A DNA stretch of 64,000 nt from Blasia pusilla (Eukaryota). Within the stretch, counting starts at the first letter, position 1. Every line of letters starts with the position of its first letter. The stretch lies in NCBI GenBank assembly GCA_050084515.1, contig CM114271.1, forward strand, positions 1,798,001-1,862,000. The letters are read 5' to 3'. The notes under the pieces were generated by a model that did not search any database, was not told the DNA's origin, and saw nothing but the letters and a program-made list of their open reading frames with translations. The translations under genes were made by a program, and so were the position numbers. Positions 12,947-25,042 of this stretch are shown piece by piece.

Positions 12947-15900
12947 TCAAATTGGTTTGTTTATAATACTTTGCACTTCTTTGAGGGACAAAATTGGTTG
13001 GTGGATTCCTACTCCTACCTCCGACTCTCTTAAAACTACAAGCAACACATAGTACATGTGCTTACAAGGGAAATACCTTTTGCCACTTGTCTCTCTTTGG
13101 ACAAAGTCATCACATGAACATGTGGGAAAGCAGTAGATGTGCACCACATACACCCCTGTGACACTCAAATTTACAGTTTTGTTCCTGACCCAATACATCC
13201 TTCCTATTCCATTGCCATTGTGGACATCTTTTGTGGCGATGATCTCCATTTTTGCCTCTCGAGCTGATGCAATTCACTTTGCTCTCTCCGTCGTTGGCAT
13301 ACACATTTTGTTTCTCTTCACCCCATTTCTAGACTCAAACAGAAATAGTGGATTGAGATCATCCACCTTCTCCGGGTACATGTTGACATCAATCTTGGGT
13401 TGAATATGAAATGCAAAGGTCTCTGTAATGCGAACATGCTCCGAACTTCCTCCGTCTACGAGTCTGAAACCGGCACTTGTAAGATTGTCGACTTTGTCTT
13501 GAGTGCAATTCGTACTTGCGGCGATGGGCCAAATCGTGGGGGTATTCCCTGGAGCTCCAATGGCAGCCGGATAAGGCTTCCGAAAAGTGAAAGTTTCATT
13601 TGGGCAGAAGAAGTACTTCAATTGATCCCCGGTCCTCGTGAAACGATCAAAGGTTTTGAGTCCCCAAAACCCAGGCAGTGGTCGTCTAGTCCTTGTACAG
13701 TTCTTATTTAGGAAAGTGCATCATGCTCTCCTAATGCCATCAGATCCTGTCGTGGAAGTGGATCCACGTCCGGGGTTGCTCCGAGATATATGCCACCGTT
13801 TCAGATTGCAGTCCATCTCCATGACCGGAATCCCATATTGTTGAACCATCCCAGCAACCGGATGTTGCGAACTTCTAGCAACGGAGGGCTTTTGAAATAA
13901 AACATTCATTGATTTTGGAGAAGTTACTCCATCACGGATTTGGGAGCGGTCCGGGGTCCCTGAATACCTGGGCGGCGTAATTTCCTCATCCAAATCAATC
14001 ACCGGATTCGTTCCTCGATGCTCCCTCTTCACCTGCCTGAAGTCAAGATACTTATCTGGTCTTCACGAGTCTCGCTCGGACTGCTCTACCACCATATGTA
14101 TGGGACGTCTTGAAACCTGCCCACGAATACCCCCACCAATGTGTACATCTTGCTCAAGGGGAGTTCCTGCTACGCACCCGTTGAAGGCATCCACATAGAG
14201 TTTTTCATCACCAGATCTCACAGCCGTCCTGACATAGAGCTCGTAGATCGAAGGCCCTCTTCCTTTTGTTATACCTTTTGTGAGGAAGATATGAGATGCT
14301 GCAGACTGTAGCATTGCTCTTGCCTGGTCTTGTTGGCATGCCTCCACAAGTGAAATTCGTTGGCATGCTTGTGACGACCTCCAGGAGGAATGAACACTTT
14401 CTGCTCCACTTGTGTTGGGGCAGAGGGCATTTTCATGAATGTTCAATCCCTGCAACGACGGCAATGTGAGAAGGGAACGAAAATAGCTCAGAAGTCAAAG
14501 AAATAAGCTACCTGTCGGAACCAGACGGGTTGCAAAGTTGAGGCATCCCATGAACGACTCTGCGACCCGTCGGATCCCGACGTGTTCAACCCGTCCTGTG
14601 TTGAATGACTATTGCAACCCGTCCGATTCCGACCGGTTGCAAGAACCTTTGGCCACTCTGGGCTGGAAGATCCAAGAGGCAAGTCATCCGAAACCCATGC
14701 GGGTCAAACTATTTGCAGGCCTTGTATACATGCGACTTGCATACTTGAATACAGGTTGCACCAAAATTCTTGATGCAACCCGTCGGTTTCCGACTGGTTG
14801 CACACTCAGGCAACCCGTCCGTTTCCGACGGGTTGCACACTCGAGCAACCCGTCGCATCCGACAAGTTGCTTGGTTTCTTCAGTTTGAAATCCCTATAGT
14901 TCCCACGCTTCTCAACTTGAGCTGCAACTTTTCAAACAATTCTCAGCGTGAGCTTGACAAGACGAAATAGTGAACTCACCTGCCGCATGAAGTTTCCCCA
15001 TTGTCTCATACGTATAGTCCACCAACTCAGCCAAGAGCACAACTCTTTGTACTTCCCCTCAATCGCATGCTTCCTCCACCACCCATGAAGTTCTTCTTGG
15101 CATTCCATGGCCTGTTTCAAGGTTTTGCTGTCCTTGCAGCGTTGGAGTAGAGTGACATGCTCTGTCCTCTTATTCTCCTTGATGCAAGATTTGGTATACC
15201 GGGTCACAGTCTGTTGCCAATGGAAAGCATCCAACCTTTCCCTCTTCGGTTGAACCTCTCCACCCCAGAATACTTCCCTGATATCAATCCACCCAGGTTG
15301 TGCATTGTCCACCATGAACCCATAAATTTCCGGAGGTGGCCTTTTGTTTTCCTTTACCACCTCCAATAAGAGTAACCAGCACATCTTCAAACTGCCAACG
15401 TCTTCTGCTTTTACTTCATACACAAATATAGTTTTGAGTCCCTTCTCCACATGGTCATAAACGTGAGCATCCATTGTCAACCATCCGTTTAGCACTCTGT
15501 AGCAAATATCAAAGCTTACCCAGCTGCCGTAAAGATCTTCCCCTTCCCTCATTCGATCTATAAGATTGAGGCCACTCGACGGACTTGACGTTGATATTTT
15601 GAAGACATAGGCCCTAGATCCTTCGCCTCCCTGGCCCATGAACATGAACTGCCATCTCTGAATGAATGGAAATCTGGAGTTGGCCTTGATTCTGGCAATG
15701 GCATCCATTTTGGCCGTCTTTCCATCCAGTACCCGTATTTGACGCAGCAAATTCTGGAAGCATTCAGGATCAGCGAGAAATGCGAGATTTTCCTAGAGTT
15801 GTTTCTCCTCAACAGCGGTGATCTCGCCCTGTCCAAGGATTCCAAGCAATTGTTCACAAATTTTTGATGCTGTTGTGAGCTTAATCACTCCGGGCTTTGA

Positions 15901-16997
15901 ACCCGGAGAGTTTATGTAGACCTTGGCCACTTTCTTCGCCACATCCTCCTTGATGTGTCTCTGAATTGCATCGGTCACAAGATGAGTGTGGGAGCCAACA
16001 TGAACTGCCAGCCTTGTGTACTGTGACGTGGAGCCAAATTCGTGGACAATGAAAAATACGTATGCAGGACATGCTCCAACGCAGAAAGGGGATGCCTGAC
16101 AATGAGGACATCGATGGCCTCCCGGCGGTATGGTGGCACCGACCTCATATGGAGTTTCTGCATTCTTGGGGGGAATTGTGACGTATTGACCCGCCCATTG
16201 CGCTCTAGATACGGGCATGCTGGACTTCTACAATCCAAGGCTCCAACGTATTGGTGGCGGGAGAAAATCCAAGGACCATCTGGAATTGAAGCACTAGTCC
16301 GTTGAAGCTTGCACCATCGATGACAATCAGAGTTTCTGTCCATACCCTTCAAGCGTCCTCCATCTTTCTTTTGAGGAGGAGTAGCAAGTGGAGGGAACTG
16401 AAAAATGCAATTACCATCGTACGTGGGCAGAAGTTCGTCGACAAGAATGTGCTTGAACATTTTCAAGGCCAAAGACCATTGCAAACTATTGCCTGATATT
16501 CGCAAGAGTAACGAGTAGGCGGACAGAGGGCCCGATTGGTGTCCGACAGATCCACTGAGGTTGACAACATCCGGAATGTCTTCTGGAAGTACAACATTGT
16601 TACGAGCGTGTGAAGTTGGAGTCAAAGTCGGATCTACTGAGCTAGGAGTTGCAAACGTAGAGCTCGGTGCACTAGGAAATTCTTGACCGTCTACTTGGGA
16701 AACTGAGGAATTCGGAGGCAAGCCGTAAACTCTGTATTGACCATTTGCTAGAGGTAGGAGATTCCATACTTTACGGTCTTCAATCACTGGCTAGACTGTC
16801 TCACCTATAATGTCCTCCGTACCGTCCACCCTAACATCCTTGGATACAAAGATGGTTCCAATTTGGAGAAGAAATCGAACTGAGAGAAAATTTTCATCCA
16901 CTACTATGAAAGACTCACGAGCTTGCGGTCGAACGATTTATGATTGAGGAAGGGCCACTAGATGACTACCACAAGTGAGCTTCACATAATTATCCAT
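12947..16997 (-). pseudogene. MULE-type transposase with N-terminal GCM-like zinc domain, DDE core and C-terminal SWIM finger
   Basis: Motifs SFDICYRV (D), FMVDNA (D), AFHW, PNTSGAESVHS (E) and SWIM CSCDDF...PCKHMYYV. A GT-AG intron at 14450-14979 joins WGNFMRQ|GLNIHEN. Several stops and frameshifts. Confidence 0.8.
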
Positions 16998-18027
16998 TCC
17001 CAGAAGATTCCATCGGGAGGAGATTGAGAATAAGAATGAGGATAAAAATGGGATTGGGAATGAGAATGAGAATGAGAATGAGAATGTTTCATTTATAGTG
17101 AATAGGGACTCAGATTCTCTTGACAGAATTTGATTGACAAGATGAAGTTTGGTAGGTGAGAATGTATGACATGATGGATTCAATTCTGTTGCAACCTGAC
17201 AAAGTCCGATGGGTTGCATAATTTGGGAATCAGAGATGTGGGTTGCGAAGCACCCACTTCTATTTTTTGTTTCCGTGTCCCAATGCAAGTTGTAACCCGT
17301 CAGAGTCCGTTGGGTTGGTATCCCCTTCTTGCCAATCAATGGTCTTTTGAGTCAATTTTGCTAGCATCAAACACGAGAAATCGCTTGCATTTGCAAAGGC
17401 AACCAATCGTTGGGGACTTTTGCGGGATTGTCCAACTCAGGGTAGATGTTGTGACCCGTCGGATTGCTAAGGGTTGCCTCGGAACTATGCATTGTCGCAT
17501 TGTTACCCGAGGGATAGAAAAGCGGATCGCTAAGAAAAGCGCCATTACCCCAAGATAAAGCGCTGCAACCCGCCTCCGCGGTTGCCTGGTACCTCGCCTT
17601 ATTACCCCAAGATAAGCGTGCAACCCGTCGGCCCAGACGGGTTGCGGCTTTGTAACGCTTACATGAAGCGAAGGCCTCGTACAAGTTGCCTTCTTACCCA
17701 AAGACGGTGGAGGCGCGCAACCCGTTCGCCTCAGACGGGTTGCGCAAGTGCCTCGCCTTGTAACGCTTACATGAAGGAAGCGTGCAACCTGTCGGCCTGC
17801 GACGAGTTCCGTGGGTAGCCCGCGTTCTTTCCCGAAGATGGCGGAGGCGCGCAACCTGTCGGTTTCCGACAGGTTGCCAAGAGGACGGATGCCTGGAACC
17901 CGCGGAAAGCGTGCAACCCGTCGGAGCCGTCGGGTTGGTGTTTTTCACGTCCAGACTTCCATAACGGCCGACACGTCACCGTCAGAACGACAATGCGACC
18001 CAACGGTTAGCCCAACGACTCGAAAAG

Positions 18028-18035
18028 TATAAATA
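18028..18035 (+). promoter_or_regulatory. TATA box of the transposon cargo gene
   Basis: TATAAATA about 245 bp upstream of the ATG at 18274, within the divergent intergenic region. Confidence 0.5.
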
Positions 18036-18273
18036 GCCGAGGGTTCGCTCATTTCCCGTTTTTCGTTTCGCGATCTCAATTGCTCTTCCGCGCAGCGGCT
18101 GACCAGATACCAAGGGGTGCTTTACACGACGACTCATTGCGAGACGATTCGAGCTACTCATCAAGGTGACTCATCGCGACATCAGCAAGGCGACTCATCA
18201 AGACGACTCCTCAAGGCGACTAATCGTGCACAGAAAGCAATTTCCTTGTCCATAGGAGGCATTTTTGGGAACA

Positions 18274-21200
18274 ATGATGAGGAAAAAAACTCAAGCAAGC
18301 AAGGTTGGGAGCTTCACTCCCAAGGGTGGGAGGACTCCTGCATCACCATCTCTAGGGCCTCATTCGGCCAATGAGATAAGCCAGCAAGAAATCGAGGAGC
18401 GGGAAAGGGAAGTGGAGATGCACAAGCAGGAGCTTCTTGCAAAACGTTTTAAGGAGGCGCTCAAAAAACAGAACGCAAAGGCTGAGGCATCGCAGTCCTT
18501 GAAGAAAAGGATCGCTGATGAAAAGCGTGAGAAGAAGCGTCTGGACGCGTCGGTCAGGAGAGCGGAATTGGCAAAAGCTCGAAGGGAAAAAGCGATTGCC
18601 ATTGAAGAAAGCCCGGCCCGTCCAACCGAAAGTGTTGAGATGTAGGAAATGTCCCCAATGAAGTCCGAGGACACAATCAATATAGCGGAAACGGACAAAG
18701 TTCGAGTGACGGACGATGAGGTCATGAGGACCGCCAGCGTGGAGATGGTGAACATTGTTGAAGAAGCAAGAGAGCGGTCTTCCTCATCTCTTAGCCCGGC
18801 GGAAGAAATCGACCTCTATCGGATCGACAAGTTTCCAGTGGACTTGCCAACTGATGTCCCAGAGTAGTTGGTTGGCCAAGACACCGACCCAATCTTCGAG
18901 CGGTTAAGAAACGATCTTGGATCTTTGAGTTATGTGAAGGGCCATGTTGCAATTCATTGGCAATTCAGTGTAGTTTATTGACCTTATCCCTGTTGTGACA
19001 CATGGTAAAGCAGATGGCACTGATGGAGGGCTAGAACGCCCCGAGAATTCCACTTTTCCGATTGCGGACAATGGAGTACGTCCACAAAATTCAGTCTGAC
19101 GAGGATATTGCAAAGCTGAAACAATTAGTAGCGACAACATCCTACGTCGACAGCTTCCCTCCGTTCTATGTTCAGCCTTACGATGAATATGGAACCCAAG
19201 CGCTGGTTACGGAGGAGGACTTGGAAGCACTCGACACATTCTGGAGGATGAGAGATCAGGAATTCAGAAGGGCGATTGAGGGGACGGAATTCAGTTGGAT
19301 GCGGAACCTGTATTTCTTCATCTGGGATGGAAACCATAGGTTCATGGCGTGGACCCAGTTTGCAGAGGAGCGCCCAAACTCATTGGAGGTGCATTTTTGC
19401 GTGAAGGAAGTCGTGCTACATCCATACCCTCATCACATGGCGACGATGGAGATGGCAATGCATGCCATGAACACGTAAGTTTCCTCTTGCCGCACATCGT
19501 CGGACTCCGACAACTTGTTTGACTCGCCACTATTTTTGGCATGTTTTTGGCTCAAAGCAACTCGTTGGAGTCAGACGAGTTGCTCGACTAGCCGTTGTTT
19601 TAGGATGTTTTTTGCCGAAAGCAACTCGTCGGAGTCCGACGAGTTGTTCGACTGACCACGGGTTTAGGATGTTTTTGGCCGAAAGCAACTCGTTGGAGTC
19701 CGACGAGTTGCTCGACTGGCCGCTATTTTTGGATGTTTTTGGAAGAAAGCAACTTGTCGGAGTCCGACGAGTTGCTTGACTGGCCGCTATTTTTGGATAT
19801 TTTTGGCCGAAAGCAACTCGTCGGAGTCCGACAGGTTACATTCGCCGACACGGGAAGGTAATCGGAGTAGGGGAGTTTGATTTTTGGCGTCAAATTGCAA
19901 CTTTAATTGAAATTGCACAACGTGTTAGACTTCGACGGGTTGATATGTTCACTTTTCTTGCGGAGACAACTCTCTAAATACAAATTATTTGACAGCCCGT
20001 CGGAGTCCGATGGGTTGAAACCAGGCAATCACAAATCTGAATGCAATCCATCGATGGGTTAAAAAATTTAGCTCGTAGCTCCCATTCCGACCATGAGCTG
20101 TGACAACGTGTCGGAGTCCGACGGGTTGCAGGGACCCATGTAGCTTGCAAAAATTCTGATATTGAGTTTGGATGTGCAGGATTGTATCAGAGGGGAATGT
20201 CACCCAGCATTGGATCCATGATTGCGATCGGGTGAAGAAAGTGCTAACGACGCACCTGGCAGAGTACAAGGGGTTCTTGGGCGACGCCCTTGTAAATGAG
20301 ATGCTGGCAAAGGGTGCTCAAATAAAAAAAAGACTTGGGCAAATACATTTATTTCCCAAGATGCAACCGTGACAATCCTTTGCTGGTCAAAGATACAGGC
20401 CGCCAAGAAGAGCGCTGCATTGGAGCTAGAGCCGAGGGAGAAAGTGTATGTGTCTCAGCGTGCTAAATTCATCAAAGCTGCAATATCTGCAGGCACGAAG
20501 TACACGGCAAGCAAGATGCAGCGCTACATCGCCATTCTCAACCCCAAACTTGGCCCCGATTTCTACAAGGAGCTGAAGGGGATAATCAAGCGCCAGCGGA
20601 AGAGGGATGAAGATCCGTAGGGTCGGATTGGGGAGAAAGTGTCTCTCGATTGCGTGCATCGATTTTTCTTGTCCAGAATTTCAGAATTTAAGAGAATCCG
20701 ACTGATGAAAATCAGTCTCGAGGGCACAAAGGCCCAAAAGAGGGCAGCACACCATCCTCTGGGTGTATCTGATCCAGTGATCTCCCACTGGCTCCGTGAA
20801 TGGTCATTCTGGGACGGGTTGTGGCTTCTCGGGAAGTCCATGCTCATGGGTCTCCAAGCGGAGCTGAAAAGAATAGAGCCAGTTGCCGAGGAAGCAAACC
20901 TGGAGAGTGCTGAAGATTTTGAACTTTGGCTGGATGACATGCGGGACAAGCCCATAAAAAACCCAGGCTTCAGGACGATGTTCAAGGATCGCATCCTCCC
21001 TCAAGCAGACCTTGATGAAGAAATAGAGGCGAAGAAAAGGGATTTCGCAAAGAAGAAGCAGATCTTCAAGAGCAGGCGGCCAATGCATCTCGACTAAGAG
21101 CTGCCCAACGGATGGTGTTCAGGTACCTCGTCCATTGTAAGAATATAGGTACATGGCGAAAAATACCGGCAGCCTGAAAATTGTGGGCTTCTCCGCCTCA

Positions 21201-23240
21201 TGGAGAGACATTTTCCATGTACGACATGGAGATGGCTCAAAGCATGTCCGACTGGGAAGTGGAGAATTTCCGATCTGGCTGGACTTCAACGACCCTGAGG
21301 ACATAACCAAGAAAAATATATGCCTGTTCTATGATGCAATGACCGTAGGTAGGGACGACATCCCCAATTTTGTGCAGGCTGAAGACTTTTTCAAAGGAGA
21401 TGCGGAGGAGCAAGCCCTCGAGATAGCAGAGTTGGTGTCCAAGGTCGTCACCGCCAAGGACAAATCTACAACGGGTCTCAAAGCCAAGGCGAGGGATCGA
21501 AGAATTCCAAGGCCGAGTCTTCCCAAAGAGAGGTTGAGAATTCAAGGCGAGAGCCGAAATCGTCCGGGCAAGCGGGGAGACAAGGTCGGACCAGGTCCTC
21601 CGCAAAAAGAACTCCACTAGAGTCTGAGGTAATAGAGACCCCAACAAGCCGACCGCAGACTGTGGAGAAGCGGAAGCGAGAGGCGTCAGGGTTGTCCCAG
21701 GGAGCAGACCAGGATGTGGAATACACTCCATCATCCTTGGGAAGACATAGAGAAACAACGACCCGGACAAGCGTCATCATTCAATGCAGTAATCTTTTGG
21801 ATGAGCTGAAAAGTTTCAGTTCCCAAGCGTTGACACCTACCATCGAAAAATTGACAACGCTGGGACAGAAGCTTCAACGAACGGGCACGCTCCCTGGACG
21901 GCCCATGGGGAGGTCAAAGAGGTGGCGGTGGATCTCCTTGTCGTTGATTTGCCCTCGGGGTTGCGCTTGTGGGACGAGAATCCATCCGACGGGGTCCCAG
22001 ACTGGAATGTCCCTCTTTCTTATGACCAGATCGCACTCCTGTTTTTGTTTGCAAACGCTTATCTCAGTGACAGGGGCTGTTTCTTAGTTTTGACTGGAGG
22101 GAGCGAGGACAAGCTCTTCAACCACCAGTGCGTCAAGAGGTCGCTGAAGTAGAGGACGGCGCAATCGTGGTTCATGAAGAACGAGTATCCACTCCGATCC
22201 GCGACGAGTCAAATTCGGGTAAGGGCTCTAAATCCGTATCCAAATTTTCTTTCTCCGACAGGTTGCATCTCTGCATGCAACCCGTCGGATTGTTTGAGAC
22301 TAGAGACTTTGGTGGTGCAATCCGTCTGAAAGCAACGGGTTGCAAATTTACCATAAGTCTCCATTGGGTGAATGCAACCTGTCGGAACCCGAAGGGTTGC
22401 AGTGCTTATGCTTTTTCCTTGTGTTTCTGGAATGATGCAACCTGTCTGAGAGCAACGGATTGCTCTTAGCCAACCATAGGCTGCTCTAAGCCAACAACCT
22501 GTTGCCTTCCGACGGGTTGCTCATGGACAAAAAAATCACAAGCACTTGTAAAACAACCCGTCGGACTCTGACAGGTTGCTCCAATGTTAGGATTATAACG
22601 AAGTTCTATGGGATTAAGCGAAGTTCTTTGGGGACGTGTTGCATATTATGTCACCATACTGAGAGTAGACCAATGGTCAAGTAGCTCTTTCTCGTTGCTG
22701 ACATTGTTTCCAACGTGCTTCTTTACAGATGGACCACTCCTATGTTTACTGCTTTGTTCGGCCTGAGCACAACTTCCAAGTGTTTAAGATCCTGGATCTT
22801 GTGGATCCATGCTCCGATGGGTACAACTTAGATAGTTTATACAATTCCCCCCGGGAATTTACATGCAAGACGGTAACCCCTTACTTGGAGGAAGGGAAAA
22901 GTCGCGAGCCCTGATGCAAACGCTTATCGAGCTCTGCTCAAGGCCGAGTGACTTGGTGTTTGACTTAGTGGGCCTTTCAGAGGCGAGTATCAGAGGCGCA
23001 TGGCAGAGTGGCAGGAACATTCTCTACCTTGAGGGAAGGCAACAACTGTTTGACCTTTGGAAAGAGGCAAAGGCAGATTACGATAGGCTAGTTGGGGCGT
23101 ACAACTCTCCTTCGAAGCCGAGAGCTCCGGTTCCAGACCCACCATTGGTAGTGACACCATCGTCACTTCCCACGATTCCAAAAATCGGGAGGGCAAGGCC
23201 GACAATAAATCAGGAAGAGCTCTCGGACAATGACAAGTGA
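18274..23240 (+). pseudogene. Transposon cargo gene: coiled coil, ParB/Srx-like domain, and beta-class amino (N4-C/N6-A) DNA methyltransferase-like domain
   Basis: FFIWDGNHRFMAW (DGNHR at 19326-19340); VDLLVVDLPSG (motif IV-like, to 21960); GREKSRALMQTLIELCSRPSDLVFDLVGLSEASIRGAWQSGRNILYLE (motifs X-I-II-like, about 22890-23035). Frame-preserving GT-AG introns at 19475-20179 and 22219-22728. Stops and frameshifts present. Confidence 0.7.
19493..19838. repeat. 64-bp tandem array (about 5.5 units), each with the palindrome GCAACTCGTCGGAGTCCGACGAGTTGC
   Basis: Units start at 19493, 19557, 19621, 19685, 19749 and 19813, inside intron 1 of the cargo gene. Confidence 0.9.
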
Positions 23241-23280
23241 GTTCAAAGAACTCAAGGACCCAACTTGATTGCAACGTTTG

Positions 23281-24380
23281 GAGTAGGGATTTATTTGATG
23301 ATGAGGCAAAAGAATTCATAGAATAGATCAAATGTACAGTTTCGAGCTTCTTTCGGATGTAATAAAGGACAAGATTTTTTCGAACGATGATGGTGTTTGT
23401 AAAAGTTTGCTGAATATCTTTTTTGGTCTTGTCGAATATGATCGTCTATGCACTCGAGGACTTCTATTTTGCAACCCGTCGGATTTCCATGGCTTGCAAC
23501 TTTTCACTTTTTGACCACTACACCTTTTTAACCACTTCGAGGCAACCTTTCGGACTCTTTCCCTGTTGGTCCAACTTTAGAGGCATTCTGGCGGACTTCT
23601 TCACTTTGGCACCTTCCCCTAGTATCGTCAAACAAGGCGTAGGCTTCTTCTCTTCTCTAAGACGTGTTGGATTCCTACTACCTGTTGGATTGCCATCATG
23701 GAATTTCCAAGGACAGAGCACATATTGATACTGGATGAGTGTTACATTGCAGAGCGTACAAGATATACTGCCGAGGAAGGCAGTGGGACTCAAATTAGGT
23801 TACATGGGACCGTTATGGTGTACCTAGGGGGGGCCAAGGCTCTCCAATTCGCCAACATTTTCGATCCCCGTCTACAATCGGCCAGAGGAGCCACTTGTAT
23901 CCCAAGATATTCCTTTTGTACACGAACCTAGGAGAGTTAGGAGTAAATTTGTAGATGACGAGGCTGAAGAAATCATAGACTAGATCAAATGTACATTTCC
24001 GAGCTTCCTTCGGATGTAATAAAGGACGAGATTTTTTCAAACGATAACAGTGTTTGTAAAAGTTTGCTGAATATTTTTTTTGGACTTGTCGATTGTGTTC
24101 GTCTAGCTACTCAGAATGTTTATTTTGCAACCCGTCTGATTCCGACGTGTTGCAACTTTTCACTTTTTGACCACTGCAACTTTTCAACCCTTTCCAGGCA
24201 AGCTGTCGGATTCCAACAGGTTGGCTGCTTGAGTGATCGGACTCTTTCCTTGGGAGACCAAATTCTGAGGCATTGTGGCGGGCTTCTTCACTTTTGGCTC
24301 GTTCCCCTAGTATCATCAAACCAGTCTTAGGCTTCTTTTCTTCTCTAAGACGTGCTGGATTCCCAAACAGTTGGATTTTT
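23281..24380. repeat. Imperfect duplication of a roughly 420-440 bp block (23281-23700 and 23941-24380)
   Basis: Shared TAGATCAAATGTACA...CGAGCTTC.TTCGGATGTAATAAAGGAC...TGTTTGTAAAAGTTTGCTGAATAT...TTCTCTAAGACGTG.TGGATTCC. Confidence 0.85.
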
Positions 24381-25042
24381 GTGGGTGCAGGGTGGAATGG
24401 AATCACTTCTCAAAATCTTTCCTTTGTTATGGTGAGCTTGCTTGCAAGGGGTGCAAGCCATCTGATTCTGACGGGTTGCAAGAGTTGGAACCTGTTAAAT
24501 TCCGATGGGTTGGGAGGGGTGCAACTTCTCGATTTATCAGATTTAGGATCTGAATGAAGGGACATCAGTTCCTCTTTACTCCAGACAGCTAACAATCTTT
24601 TGGTTTAATTATCGTCTCCTGTGTTCACATTTCACAAAGTTGGTCTTTATTTGAACCTTTCATTGAGATGAGATTGCTACTTCTGGTCAAATTATTTGCC
24701 AATGGTCCTCCAACAAAAATCCCCCCACAGGCACAGTTCATTATCAGACTCGAGACAGCAATGTGAAGAAACTTAGGCTCACATGGAGAGTGATGGAAAA
24801 TTTTTGTAGTGGTCTTATGATGTCTACTTGTTTTTGCCCTCTGGAAAAAGGAGGTTTCTTTAGGCCCGAATAAGGACCACTACCTACTCTCTTCTAAAGA
24901 TTTCATGAATTTGAAAGCAAATAGAAATTTCAAATATGTCAAAAAGTTTTGAAGAGAGGAGGCACATTTGGCCCTTTTTATTTGAAGAGAGACTCTCCTC
25001 TCTTCCTCTCTCATGCCAGAATACCAGCCCCCCAGATATGCC

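Larger units (their letters stand above)
12553..25033. mobile_element. Mutator-superfamily-like DNA transposon, 12481 bp, with two divergent genes
   Basis: 9-bp TSD AGATATGCC at 12544-12552 and 25034-25042. Imperfect tips (GAGGTGCGGTA versus GGGGGGCTGGTA) plus a perfect 18-bp subterminal inverted repeat GAGAGGAAGAGAGGAGAG (12568-12585, 24993-25010). Confidence 0.9.

Noticed and set aside
19493-19838. CRISPR-like array of palindromic repeats with regular spacing
   Set aside because: The intervening 37-bp segments are similar to each other rather than unique spacers. There are no cas genes, and the array lies in a spliceosomal intron.
12568-25010. Sola-type element, suggested by GAG...CTC inverted repeats
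   Set aside because: Those 18-bp repeats are subterminal. The true ends are set by the 9-bp TSD that restores gag, and the transposase motifs are Mutator-like.
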